NCBI RefSeq assembly: GCF_037042905.1
Contig: NC_087252.1
Span: 13,456,001-13,520,000, forward strand
DNA: 64,000 bases
Source: Lytechinus pictus
Taxonomy: Eukaryota
Reading direction: 5' to 3'
Under the pieces are notes generated by a model that saw nothing but the letters and a program-made list of their open reading frames with translations, had not been told where the DNA came from and searched no databases. Of the stretch, positions 49,611 through 64,000 are shown piece after piece. The translations under genes were made by a program, and so were the position numbers. Each line of letters starts with the position of its first letter. Within the stretch, counting starts at the first letter, position 1.

Positions 49611-52600
49611 TTATGACATCAATAGACAGGATATGGTTGTTGCTGTTGCCATGGTAATTATTGAAAATCTCTCGACACTCGATGAGGAGGGTGTCCACGT
49701 CTCAATGCAAGAATCAGAATCTGAAGAAGAAATTATATGAATATTTTATTTCAAAAGTTATGTTTTTAACAGTTTACTGATTGCTAGAAATTGACAGTTG
49801 TATGCGTAAAAAGCATATCAAGATTATGACAAAATAATTTTTTTTTATCAAAGTGTATAAGCATGACACTGTGGGTTGCTTCATAAAACTGTTAATTTGA
49901 CTTTACAGTGTGCTCTCAGGGCTGGTGACCGATGTTGCACGCAGTGCTTTGGGGTTAAATAAGGTGCCAAAAATAAATTACAGTCATGACAGTGCATGCA
50001 GTTTCAAAAATTCCTGAATTCCCAAAAGATTTGCGGGGAGGACTTTGTCGAAAATTGGTGAACCGGAACAGCTGTTTCGTCCATAATAAAAGTTTCGGGG
50101 CTGAGGGAAAATGACAAATTTGACTTTTCCCCAAAATCCAATTTCTGATACACCCTAAAAATGAATTGCTAATTAAGTAGCTAAAGAGCTTGTATAGTGA
50201 CTGCACCTCAGATTGCTGATATAGTCATTCAAATTTGAACAAGAAAAATCAGCACTCCGAAGTGCATACACTATACAAGCTCTATAAGGGCTAAATTAGC
50301 TCTTCATTTTTGGAGTGCAAAGACTTCCTCTGGTTGTTTTTGTCATGAAGGGCATTCTACAATGCATTTTCTGTGCTCATGAATTCGTCGTTCAGCGTGG
50401 AGCGAAAACTAACTATTGCCTCGGTTTAGACACCTACCTGAGCAACTGACCGCATAGGCAGTCTTAGGTGTAGCAGGGGATTGAAGGTCAACTGAAAAGA
50501 ATAAAGAAATATGAATTTAATCATGTTATTGAATACATATTAACTTATTGTTTGTTTACTTGTATGAATTTTCCGTTTTGGCAATCATGATAATAGAAAA
50601 ATTTAGAGTGCAGTTTTGGTGTACACTACTACTACTACTACTAATACAACTACCATATATCTACTACTGCATCCATGACTAGCACGTCAATCACAAAATA
50701 AAACTAGGAATAGGTCAAAATGTAATTTTCGGTTTTTCTTTCTTTTCACATATATTTATTTAAATTTCCACTTGAACAACAAAATAAATACAGTTTTTAC
50801 ATATTAATATTAATATGGAAAAATACAATTCAAAATCTTTTTGAAATAAAAAAATATGATACTAATGCCAATGTAGTCGAAAAATATAATAGATCGACTG
50901 TCTTGTGGAGATAACTTTGTAAAAGCTAGTAGATGAATTATGTTCCATACTAAACAACGCACGCACACACACACACCCTCACACACACACACACGCACTG
51001 CGCAACTTACCCGAGGACGTTGTAAATGTGTACGATACACAATCTCCCATGCCATAGTCACTCTGCGGACACACGCGTCCTACGTATGAGCTATTCTCCT
51101 TCAAGTCACGGAGTATTATATATTGTTTGCCTTGGACAGTCTCCGATAAGGCCTCGTTGGGCCATAGGACGGGAACCATTTTCCCTGATGTATACTGAGG
51201 TAAAAACAAAATAATAATAAAAACATAAGCATACACAAGTTAATGCAAATGCCGTAAACATAAAATTTTGATTTTGTCACGAAACTTTTGCAATATGCTT
51301 TGATATTAAGAGTTAAACATCATGTTTATGATCATTCGCCTGCCAAGAACAGCTACATCCTGTCGTGTGAGTGTGCTAAACACCATCTTTTCCAATTCAG
51401 GGGCGTATTTCATAATCAAACAAGGTATATACAGTGCGTCCCAGAAAAAACAAAACCGGGATTTAGCGATGATTTATCATAACTTAATCAAAAATAAAAT
51501 AGACAAATGACCTACCAATGTAAAGCTTAGAATCTCCTCTTTCATCTGATATTACTTAGATTATTCCCCATTCACGCATGAGTGAGCAAAAACAATTTGA
51601 AGGAAGGATAACAAAAACTCATTTGGCGGGGGGGCATATGAATTTCAAAAAGAAAATCACATGTCTTAAAGGTTCAATATGTGCTCTTTAATTTGATACC
51701 TCAATTACAGAAAATGGTCAAGAAATAACAAAGTTCTGGTTATTTGAAAAAAGGCTTGAATTTCCATAATTTCATTAAATAAACTGTTTTCACCGGTTTC
51801 CCACAGAAGCTATCGTATGGTTAACAAAAGACTTAATGCACGGCTGATCGTAAACAAAACGGAGTTTCGAGTGAGTTTGAACGCTAGCCTGTAAAACCTC
51901 TTCATTTTATGAAATTATTGAAATTCAAGCCTTATTTCAAATAACCAGGACTTTGTTATTTCTTGACCATGTTCTGTAATTGAGGTATCAAATCAAAGAG
52001 CAGATATTGAACTTTTTAAAAATGTAGTTTTCCTTTTGAAAGCTAGATACAACCCGCCAAATGACTTTTTGGTATCCCCTCTTCAAAATGCGTGAAGGAG
52101 AAATAATTTAATTAATATCAGATGAAAGAGGAGATTCTAAGCTTTACATTGGTAGGTCATTTGTCTATTTTATATTTTGATTAAGTTATGATAAATCATC
52201 GCTAAATCTCGGTTTAATTTTTTCTGGGACGCACTGTATAGTCCTCTGATGGTAACAACCATGGAAATCTTTATTTTGATGTGGCTGCTGGGCCATGTTA
52301 CCATAATAATTACAAAATTAAAAGCGTACAGATGGGTGGCCTTGGGGTCATGGACCACCAAAATCTTCATGACCAAGAAAAAAGGGGGAAAATAAAGAAA
52401 AGGAAAAGCTATAATATCATGTTTTAAGAATATTATGCAAAAAAAATTGTCACAAAATTATTTTATATTACAAGGGTAAAAAATGTCGCTAGAATCGCTC
52501 ACTCGCAGCATTTTAGAAATCTTACACCGTATGTCATGACTGATCCTTTATTTTTTTATTGGTTCGTTACGCTACTGGTAATTACCATAATGACGATGGC

Positions 52601-55600
52601 GATGCTACCCTAACGGATTTTTTTAAACACGCCCCAGAGCGTCACAGGAGGGACGAACAATGATTAATACTAGTTTAGAAAACGACTGTGACAACTTAGA
52701 CTTTCACGTTTAACAATTTTAGAGAAAAGATTTCAGAACCCTTTTTTACTCGAGGACCACTTTGTCAATTTTTTTTCGAAGCCCACCTACCCAAATTTTA
52801 GGAAAACGCCCATTTCGGTGAAAAAATATTTTGTGGAATTTAACACAAAGCTCTGACTGAACAACATTCGAAACAAACAGTTTGAGAACTAATCTGCATT
52901 CGAAAATGTCGACAAAATGGAGAATTACATAAACAATAGAGTACCAAAATGATGACGTCACTTTTTTGCATTTCAGCATTTTTTATACCATATTCTGGTA
53001 GAGCATGATGAAAACCCCTCCTTCCAAAATTTGGTGAGAATCGGTCCTTGGAGGCCTGACTTTTAGAACCAGGCAAATGATACTTTGACTTCAATGGGCT
53101 AATTAAGTTTTCATGAGGTCATATCTTGGGCACCACGGAACGATTCCCACCATATTTGGGTAATATGGTATCAAAACGCTGAAATGCAAAAAGTGAAAAT
53201 TGATAATGTCACACTTCAGTTCTCTCTATAAGCATGCACACGAGGTTCACATCAAAGTTAGATCGAAGCCATCATAATGTGCATTTTCACGTTTTGCAAC
53301 ATGCATGATACCTAAAATAAAGCGTGCTTTAGTTTTGTTTGACCAACGTAGACCGATCGGACAAAACATGTTCGGACAGGTCTGTGAAGCATAGTTCGCT
53401 ATAGTTTCCCCCTATTTTTTTTCTCCGTCTGGAGCTTCTCGCGGCCCACCTGAGAGAACTTCGCGGCCCACCGGTTGAGAAGCGCTGGGTTAAGTCATGT
53501 GCATTGCATTCATGATAGTATATATAAACATAAGTGGAATTAGAAACTCCATCATTTCACATCGGATTTCGATGAATTTCCCTGTATTATACTTGTTTGA
53601 TTTTTCTCGTTTTCTTAAAAATGAATTCACCCCGACATTATGTCAAGGTCGGCTTGACCTTGAAATGAACAATAAACAAATCATTAAACTCCTTTTAAAT
53701 CATATATTCTTACTTGAATGTCTTTTCTTTGATACTTGATGATATATCGAGCGACAGGGATATTGTCGATTCGGACACCATTCCGTCTCCTGTTAGAAGA
53801 TGCCCACGTAAGATTGTAGGTGTGACGAAATCTACCTCGTGGATTAGTGTTGGTTATAATTGGCGCTAGAGGGCGCCCTGCAAATGAAGGATAAGAAAAC
53901 ACCTCTTCATTTAGAACATCACCTATAACATTCCACTTCCATGTAGGACTTAATATATCGGAACGACGGGAGGCCTTTAGGCGTTTGATATGGATGTTAC
54001 TGGATTCTGCCTTGCCCGCACACAATAGAAACACTTTTCCCTGGGGAGCATACGATCAGAACTTTATAGAACATAGGACCAACTATAAAATAAAAATCAC
54101 CTCAGTTTTGTTTCTATCATTATTTTATTGATAAAGTACTGAAGTTCGATAAGCACTTGTATAGACGTTCATTCTATTGTTACTAACTTTTAAGTAGGAT
54201 CTGTAAATGTTGAATAAAAATCGAACGCAAGTTGTGTGCATGCAACGCCCCATTAGTTAAGAGGACCAACTCACCGCTTACAACTATCGTGGCTGATGAC
54301 GTTCCGACTTGATTTGTCACCACGCAGGTGTAATTTCCATAGTCTGTTTCTGGGTTGAGCTTCAAAATAACAAACCTTTAAGGATATCAAGAATTATCAT
54401 CACTATTTATATATCCAAAGGTGTGACAACAGCTCAAGCGTCTGGTTATATTGTCATACCAATGCATGTCTGCAGCCTTGGTTTAATAAGTTGTTTAAAT
54501 GATCATAATTATACATTATTACTATGTAAAATCTAATGTATTTAATGTTGTGATGGTCACACTATGTACATTGTCATGACATGCAGAAACGAATAAATAA
54601 ATAAATAAATAAATTAGGCGCAGAGTAATTGTTATTTTCTTTACTCAGATGAATAAAAATAGCGCAATAAGGTTGCACAACTTAGACCTCCACGTCTTAT
54701 ACTTTTCTTTCCCCCTTTTCCCTTCTAAACGAAATTTCTCCTTGTTTTTGCACTAACTGAAAATTATAAAGGGGGTTCTACTGCCCCCTGTGGAACTCCC
54801 TGATGTTTTTATATAAAGAGGGTACCTATATAAATATATAAAATTGGACGACCAAATGGGGCAGTCTTTCAGGAAGCATTTTATCAGTAATTTTCACTAA
54901 CAACTTTGCCCTGAGCAAATCAGATGCAAGGATTTAAGAAGCTAATAGAAATAATAAGCAAAGTTTATGGAAATGCTCCACCATATGAGACAGGAGCACA
55001 AAATACCTGAATGTTCGTGTTGTTCAAGAATTCGCACGAGCGAAGCGAATGAACTGATCTTTTTTAGTTTGCTTTAGTATTATCAAATTAAAGTTTAAGT
55101 GACTGTTTCCCCATCTCCCCTGCCCTAAAAGCAATTAGCTTTTGGAATAAGGAGCTGTGGATCTTATCCCATTTTTAAATTTGGGACAAACAACAGCAGT
55201 ATACATGGTATAGCATTAGACTTAGCATTATGTCATGATGATTGCACTGTTTAATTCATGTCACAATTTATTTTATCGGCAGTTATTATCGTTTGCTGCA
55301 ATTACCTCAAGAACCTTTGCAGCTTGATAAAAAACATTTTTTTGAACCTTGTAGAAGTCAAGCGTAACTTCACCATCAATCCCGCCAAGTCCAAGTTCGA
55401 AGTAACATAACGGATGGTGACATATATATTCGACTAAAAATCCGTCTCTCTCGCAAACTCACATCAGCATCTTTACACACACAAATACCCACGCACATTG
55501 TAGGCAATAATGTCTACGTTTAAAGGGCTAGAATGAGAATATTGTAAAGTACTAAGTGATATTTGCAGCAAATTAATTATAAGCAGCATCTGATAATATG

Positions 55601-57402
55601 ATTTTGATGTTAAAATGGCATAAGCTGGTACATGCTCTGTTTGGCGTTAATTTGTTTGTTGGTTGTATCACAGAAACAGACACATATATTGTATAAGTAC
55701 GGAAGGTAAATAAGTTTTGATTTTAAAACATGTCAGTTCTATCAAGCTTGCAATGCAAGTTAGTCATTTCACAAAGCGAAGCAATATCTATATACTGTAC
55801 ATGAAAAGTATTAATGGGTTTTCTTCAAATGCTACTTCGAAATGAAATATACATGCAACAGACAGATATTATGTAATTGTGACAAAGATCATAAGACGGA
55901 AAGAGGAAAAATTAGTAAAGGAGAAAAAGGTGAAATGGGAAAAATTGATTGGAAAGGAAAAGTTGGAAGAGGACATTAATCAGGACATAATCAGGAAAAA
56001 ATAATAAAGATAGCAGAAGAGAAAGAAAAGAGAATTAAAGGAGAAGACGATGAAAATGAAGAAGTAGAATAATAATAAGAAGAAGGATGAGAAGAAGAAG
56101 AAAGGTGGAGAAGACGAACAATAAGGAAAATAAGAAGAAGGAGAAGAATCAGTAGACAAGAACAAATGGCAGAACGGAGAAGAAAAAAAAGGGAAGGGAA
56201 AAGAAGAGTGATATATTGGTTTAAAGAACTGCTACACATACATGACATACTGGATAATTGTTATGGTAGTATATCACACGATATGTAAACACAATTAGGA
56301 AATCAATTTCACTCAGAACTATTTGTTTATACTAAAATATCAGATTGCAGAAAAAGTGTTGGGTAAATGCCTATCTTGCAAAAATGAATATCCCCCAAAA
56401 AATAAAGTACATACGGATACATTAGCTTTCCACGTAATTCATAGTGTGCGAAGAAACGTAAAAAAAGAAGACTTTACACCTAAAACAGATAAGATGCATG
56501 ATAATCTACTATTATAAATCATTCATAAAAATATAATAAGCATCTGTTTAGATTTTACATTCTTTGACTTATTTTTAGTTCGAAAAATTAGAACAATGAA
56601 TAAGGTTCTAAAGCCATTCTAATTCATGCGCCTTCCGATATCTTATTTTTAAAGAAATCGTATATGGATTACATTAAATTAAATTAATTAGATTAATTAA
56701 ATTGATTAAATTAATACAATAAAAAGTGATGATATCCGAAATATTAAAACAAGAATCATGTGTACAAGTTCAGTGTCTAAATCATAATCTGACAATACTT
56801 ATTTTTGCCGAGAAATAATGACAAATAACAAAAAGTAAAATGAAAGGTTTGTGCTATTTTAATGCGAATAACACAAATTTGAATTAATATATGGATATAA
56901 ATGTAGATACAATGAACAAAAACATTCATTTTTGAACAAAAAAAGTATATGTAAATTTATAACAAAACATTCTTAGACTAGTGATGCATTCTACTCGGGC
57001 TAAGCAAATCTAAATATATATAAAAAAAATGATGTTAAGAGTGAACGACGAGCGAAATTAAACTTGCCTAGTGAAATTCGAGAAACACGTAAGGGGGATC
57101 CTGATGATATTAGTATATAAAAACAAAAACACCAATAACAACATGAAAATACACTAATGGGGGCAAATGGACGGAATGGGAACACGAACATTGATAATTA
57201 ATGTCATGAATGTTATCTGAAATATTTCACGTTGTTGAAAGAGCTGTTCTAGTGTACGGGAAATCATCTTAGAATGGGTGATTGTGCGTGTGCGTGTATA
57301 TCTGTGGGGGTGGGTAAGGGTGTGTGTGTCGTGTGGGAGGGGGTGATCATGCATATGTACATCACAAATAAATGGTATTATTTTCCCGTGTGTGTGCATC
57401 TT

Positions 57403-57475
<73 letters not shown>

Positions 57476-60400
57476 GTAAGGTTGTGTGTGTGTACGTAGG
57501 GGAGGGGGAGTAAATCATTCAAATCAAAGTTAAAATTCACCCCATTTCTAATTCCATGGCCCTGCATTATTGTGTCCTTTTAGAATGTAACACGCAGAAA
57601 CACAGAAGTTAAAGTGTAAATCGGCTTAAAGAGTTGTGATGAGCGAGAAATCATCTTCATGCTATCATCTATCATCTTAAAGTAAAATTTTGAAATGAAA
57701 TATAGAATGAAGTAAAAGTGAAATGAAACAGTCGACTCAATGATTAAAAAGAAAGGATGCTTTTTATAGACCTAACAAATTAAACAACGTAAAAATAAGT
57801 AATGTATTAATGCCGTTTTGTGTTATATTTTCATCCGACTCCAATGAGGTATACAATGGTTACACCTCCATTTACATTGTTTACCCGTATTCCTATATCC
57901 TCTATAAGGGAGGGCGCTATGATGACGCCATACATGCCACATGCACAAGGTCTATACATCAGAAAAGATGACAAGGCGCAGATCATGTCCAAACCTATAC
58001 ACAAGTAGGTATGCATTAACATACATGCAAAAGAACAATTAATTGCAAACAGTGGAAAATTCCGTAGATTATATTGACAAAAGAAGAACAAATATCATAT
58101 TTCACTATGGGGTTGCATCAAATGCATTTCACGCAAAGGGATTATAAATGGATGACGACCATGCCTTTTATTTTTCATTCAGAATCATTTCCAGTCCGAA
58201 GCACACTCCATGCATGTAACTCATATATCTGGCGCATAATGCTTGCGTTTGAAAAGTGATAATTTATTTTGCTTCATTCCCACATGACATTGCTCAAAAT
58301 AAACACCCGAGACCCTTCGCTTAAAAAGTTACTTTTTAAGCAAATTTGCCATCAAACGGTAATTTCGAATGGAAGCGTTGATTTCGATTAGCAATTGAGC
58401 AATCTTAGCATGGTAGCTGGCTAGCTGCAATTAGTTTTGGGATGTTACTATAATCGTATTTTTATGCATCGAGTCCCAGGTCTGCAGGAAACTATCGGCA
58501 CGTTTTTCATCAAGGAATTTGACTATTGAGACATGAAGATGTCTCTAATTGATTTCTAGATTGCTAATTGAATTTGCAGATCATCAGAGTATTCTTTGCC
58601 AAATTGTTCTGGTAAAAATCGAATATTAAATCATCAAAGTGAATACAAAGCAGGTGATTATTACATTAATTTACGTCCCACAATGCTCCGTCCATAATGA
58701 TAGTTGTTCACACATTTTAAATTCAGAGTCGCACTGCCCTTTAATATAGAGTATGTCATGCGTATCGCATGATCAATGTGTGGATGGTAATCAACTGATT
58801 AACTAAAAATATTTCAATTACTTATATTTTGTTTTCAAATATATATATATTTCCTAATCTAAAATATTATTTTCATCCAATATTCACCGGCGGTAAGCTA
58901 CCAGTGATGGATGTAGATAGAAGGAAAATTACACGTTTAAAGGTGGACCATGGTAAAGTCGGAAAATTCCAAGACCGTTGGGTTCCGAGTGCGAGCCCCT
59001 GATAGTGTTTTGGTGTAAAATATGGGTCTGTGTCATCACATTGCATGGGTTCACTCGAACAAATATTGGGTACAAATGCCCCATGAGGGTAATCATGTGT
59101 CCATCCCCACATTGGGCATTTGTTTTGGGCATTTTTATTTATCCAGTGTGATGAAAATTTTGCGCATTCTGAAGTAATTGCTGTTCAATTTTTTTTAAAA
59201 ACCTTACTGGACAATATGCTTCCCGCATTGGGTAAAATACTGCCCCAAATTGGTTGGACACATTATTACCCTCGTGCTGGTTAAAATTATACCCAATATT
59301 TTTTACAGTGTTGTCGCGTCGGGTCGTGTATTCGCGAAACTCGACCATCCGAGAAAAGGGTACCCTAAATTCCAGAAACGTCTGGGCCAGTTTACCGCAT
59401 TTTTGTGAAAATTATAGCGAAATTCCCGAAAGGTCGCGTAAACTGGACGTTTCAGGAATTTAGGTGGCCCTTTTTTTTTCTTCAAATGGTCGGGTATACG
59501 CGATTACCCGACCCGACGCAATAACCCGATGCGATAGCACAAGCCGAAATATGTATCCATGTTTGCCACTCCTTACATGGGTACACATTACCCCGTGAAT
59601 TATTTCAGTATATTCTCAGCGCCAAAGTTCTTTGCTAAAAATCCCCAAGAAGTGGAGAATGTGAATTGAAGTAGACAGGTCAGTACTCGCTGAGCACCAA
59701 AATTCGGTAAAGAGACACTGTCAATCTAGCATTCTACGTGCTATAAAGAACTCCTAGAAATATAACAACAGTAAGCATGCATAAATGAACAACATGAACA
59801 AGATGCTTACCAAAATGCTGGACGGGGTAAGGGTATTTGAAAAAGGGATTTCATACATAAACACTTTTAATTGCCAAAAACATGCCAACTGATGTAAAGA
59901 CTGTAAAGACAAATTCATATCCGCAGCTAACAATACTTATATTCATGCACGGTACCACTGCCTAGATGCAAAGAGGCTTACAAGTGAGCATTTATGCATA
60001 TTGAGTAAAAGAATCCCGTTTCAGCTATCACACTTACATGTTATGACCAAATTTTACCGTTTGAAAATTCATATGAAATGAAAATGTAAATGGATATACA
60101 AATTAACCCCCTATATTTCCTATGAAGAAATATTTATGATGTAAAATAAAATACATACGTGTTTGGTGTGGGATCTGCATCGTCTTCACTTATCCTTGCG
60201 CCATCTTTGGTCCAATAGAAATCGAATGGTTCAGGATTTGCGCTCACGTTACACCCGAAAGTCACCGATCTGCCCGGAGCAGCACGAATGTCTGGTTGTA
60301 CGACCTTCACTTCCGGTTCATCTGAACAATAACAACAACATGAATTGAAGCTTAATTATGAATGGTCGAAAAAAATTATTCACTGACGTCTGTTATCAGC

Positions 60401-63292
60401 TACTGAAAATCACCTTCGAGATGCTTCATGCAACACGTCCGTGGTCCTGTGATACCTGAATGAAAACCATTAAAAAAAAAATCAATTTACGGCACTACTG
60501 GTAATAAATTCGAATATTTAACGAAAAATATGTTTTTAATAAAATTTATGATTATAAAAACACAATTGTCTTACATGCAAAATATTTTTTTCTCACTGCC
60601 ATGGATCCGCTCAAGATCACAGTGTGGCAACAGTGTGTGACATTGTGAAATTGTGTGAAATAATATTTATATATATATACATTTGAGCATTTGAAAAGTG
60701 TAAACGCATTTCACATATTCCACTATGTGAACACACTGTGGACACTCACCTTGTCGACGTGTTCACAGTGTGAAATCAAATCTACACTGCTGAATTTGAA
60801 TATTTTAATAGTTTGAATCATATTTTCACATTGCCATTGCCAGTCGCTGTGTCGAGGTATCGACAGTGTGAAATTGTGGATACACGCTATCTAATTTGAA
60901 CATTTAAAAGTATGAATCATATTTTCAAAATGCCCACTATGTCAAAACACTGTGAACAATCGCTGTATCAAGGTATCCACAGTGTAAAATTGTGGATAGA
61001 CGCTATCTAATTCGAACATTTTAATAGTATGAATCACATTTTCACATTGCCCACTATGTGAACACACTGTGAACTGTCACAATGTCGAGGTATCCACAGT
61101 GTGAAATTATCCCCACACTGCTGAATTTGAGCATTAATAGTTTAAATCATATTGTCACATTGCCCAATATGTGAACACACTATGAACTGTCGCAGTGTCG
61201 AGGTATCCACAGTGTGAAATTATCCCCACACGCTCTCTAATTTGAGCATTTTAATAATGTGAAATACACTTTGCATGTTTTTACAAAGTTCACTATGTGA
61301 ACACACTGTGATCACTCATACAGTTGAGGTATATATCCACATTGTGAAATGCACTGCACACTTACATTGCACGACCAATGCCACGGTTTCGAAGGTGTGA
61401 CCGATCCGATTCGTAGCCTGGCAGCGATAGTCCCCACTCTGGAATCTTGACACATTATTGATTGTGAAGAATCCGTGTTTTGTCTCTTCTGAAACGACAT
61501 GAACGAAGAACAGGCCGTAAAGGGAAGAACACATTGGTATGTGAGTTAACAGGGCATTGGGACATTCAATGGTTTATAATCACATGGTCTACAAGCAGTT
61601 GGCTTATTTCTCAGGTAGTTGGTTACACCCATCTAACCCCATTTAATCTACGAAGTCTTTGGTCTAATCGTCCTTGAGTCCGGTTTAATACACACTAAAT
61701 ATAATTCCTAGATGGTCTAGCTACCACTTTGCTTACTTATTTTTCTGATTTAAACTCTACACCCTCAAAAAAGTATATGAAATGGAATACCATTTCCATA
61801 TGATTGATACTGGTATTATTACTGATACTGATACTAATACTAATTTCGATACAACCTCTGATTGCCGCTAGCTCATATTTTAACAATTCATATTCCTGTG
61901 GTTCGTGATAAGAACTGTAACGCAACAAACGTGAAGCTTACTGAAGTACTCCCCCTATGTAAAGTTAATTGGACCGCTGATTCTTCTAGCATGTCTATTC
62001 TATTTTTGTAATTTTTGCTAGGGAAGGAGGGGGGGGGGGTCAAAATAGTCTCTGATATACATCTACAAACACTAAGGTGCTGAAGTCGATGCAAATTTGG
62101 ACAACGTATTTTGTGAGACGTGATCTCGTCACGAAATCTTCCGGATTCTGCATTTAATAGTATTGGTGGCAGCGGTGGGATTTCATAATATTTCTTGCAA
62201 GTAACAGGCGACAGTGGGTGTGTGCGGGGAGCACGTGTATCAACTCCTTGAAGACCCATTTGCACTACGTGAACCTAACTAATACACTCTTCGAATTTAA
62301 AGGAAGACTTTACTCAGAAAATATAAGAAAAATAAAAGGCGGATATCGAGACGAAACAGTTGAAAACGTGAATAGTAAATCTAAAGATTGGCTTCAAGAA
62401 AATGTTTATTATGTTTATTGGTTTAAACTATATAAGGTAGTCTTCCTGATCAATATCAAGGGAACTCTGACGCAGTACTTTATTCTTTAACTGATACAGA
62501 AGAGGGCATTTCTTAATTTAGAACAGAGGGCAATTACTTGAGCTGTTTGGAATTTATTTATTAGTAAGAGATGCGGATTTTTGAAGATAGGCGTTACTTA
62601 TAAACTGAATTACTTCAAATTTCACAGACCTTTTTTCTTCCATATAGTTTCTTTTTAAGTTCAGTTATTTTTTTCGAAAAAATATTATGCCATTGGTAAC
62701 TTTTATAATGGTTTCTTTGCTTCTCTACCAATATTATCTTTACAATAAAAAGGGCCTACCTTGAAATCAGTGTAAAGTTGTGTTTAAAAGTAACATAAAA
62801 CAAAGGTGTGTGGGTGTATGAGGGGGGGGGGCTTAGGGACCATATAGACCCCAATAATTTTCATGACCCCCAAAGAGAGAGAGAGAGAGCGAAAGACAAA
62901 GGAGAAGTAGTGAAATATGATACTATTTTCTGATTATTTCAAAATTTGTCACAAAATATTAGATTTTGTATAAAGAATGTCATTTATTTTTACTCGCTCA
63001 CAGCTTTTTAGGATTTTTGCCCCATGCGCGATGTCTGACCCCCTCCCGTGTCTCATTAGACTACTAAGATAAACAATCGGTAATTCACCTGTTCCTGGTG
63101 ACAGTTCCTCAGTATTTTCTCCATCTGGTAGGCCTGGTATCATTTTAACCCAGGTAATGAAGGCGGAGGGTCGAGCGCTGGTGTTGCATATCAAAGTAAT
63201 GTTGTCTGTTTCGTTCACGTAGATAACTTCCGGTTTGTAGCTCACCCAGTATGGCGGCTGACGGGGTCCAATGTGGCGTATTACCGGCTCAT
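49611..63292 (-). CDS. Immunoglobulin-superfamily cell-surface protein (at least 2 Ig domains + 1 FN3, GPI-like C-terminus), 5'-partial
   Basis: Phase-consistent exons 63292-63089, 61488-61366, 60321-60159, 58998-58933 (least certain), 54375-54275, 53877-53714, 51194-51011, 50491-50438 and 49720-49611 (TAA). Ig motifs ITLIC..ITW..GDYRC and VTFGC..FYWTKDG..DYGNYTC; FN3 motifs YNLTW..YIIKY..LRDLKENSSY. Confidence 0.85.
51432..52236. mobile_element. Tc1/mariner-type palindromic MITE (family A), opposite orientation
   Basis: Same termini and TA TSD; central spacer inverted relative to 4529-5347. Confidence 0.88.
57405..57472. repeat. (TA)n microsatellite
   Basis: Seen directly. Confidence 0.98.
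60615..61350. repeat. Intronic minisatellite, ~115-120-bp units
   Basis: Recurring cccactatgtgaacacactgtg...gaggtatccacagtgtgaaatt...aatttgagcatt, about 6 units. Confidence 0.8.
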
Positions 63293-64000
63293 CTACAGAT
63301 GAAGGGGAGAAAACATTAAAAAAAATCTTTATTTAAAGCGCAACTCGGGTCTGAGCAATGAGTAGCCTAAATAAATTTGATTAAAAGTTGAAAACTGAAA
63401 GGTTACTGTAGGTTTCAAATAGGGCCTAGGGCCATAATAAGTTTTTATTGTTGTATACACACACACACACATATATATATAAAGGGTGTGTGTGTGTAAT
63501 TTTCTCAAGTCCCCAAGTTAAGACAGCCCCCACTGTTGATTCATCGTTAAACAGTTGAAAAAAAAATACTCCAAAATTTAAAACTTTATGTCATTGGAAA
63601 TATCTAGAAACGTAAAGAAAAGTAGCTAAATTTGCACAGTGGAAGCCAACATAACCTTTTATGTGCGAGTTTGCAGGTGCTATCTTTGCGCGTAAAATTC
63701 ATTGAGCAATAATCGAAGAATCTGTTTTGAGTAAGATGAAATTGTCTCCAGGAAAGTAGCTAAACTGTAATCATTATTCACCCTGCTTCATGCTGGAAAT
63801 GTCAGGCCGTGTCCGCCATTTTGATTCCCATCACGTGTCTGCCATCCCCACCGGGGCGTCATATAAACATGAGATGAAACGTGTAGAGAACACCCCCAGC
63901 GTCGAATAAGTCACCAGAACCTTAACTGCTGGCATATATCAACCTCTTTTGAGGGACTTAATGCATCAGTGCTTATGCAAGAAGACGGCATATCTAAGAA

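Noticed and set aside
49990..50405. Similarity to FReD intron 3 (~6530-6720, ~28975-29210) as a further gene relic
   Set aside because: No exon homology; more likely a dispersed repeat (likewise ~43950-44170 versus ~5895-6100).

Overview
AT-rich, intron-containing animal DNA. The repeat families suggest an invertebrate deuterostome, probably an echinoderm; this is inference. About 1-46.4 kb is a tandem duplication of a two-gene unit: a secreted fibrinogen-domain (FReD) gene followed by a histamine N-methyltransferase-like gene. In unit 1 (<1 to ~20.9 kb) the FReD lacks a conserved Trp and the HNMT-like copy is a pseudogene. In unit 2 (~22.7-46.4 kb) both genes are intact (316 aa and 291 aa). 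An older, gene-less third fragment of the spacer follows (46.4-48.5 kb). The minus strand at 49.6-63.3 kb carries the 3' exons of an Ig + FN3 protein with a GPI-like tail. Comparing the units gives empty sites for many insertions: a decayed full-length RTE-X-like LINE, CR1/L2 fragments, Tc1-type and Kolobok-type MITEs, a foldback-like element and an AcademH derivative with a RecQ fragment. The most unusual item is a ~180-bp SINE-like insertion with a 7SL (Alu-domain)-like head and a Deu/Nin-like core. All exon calls and counts were made by eye, with no database searches.
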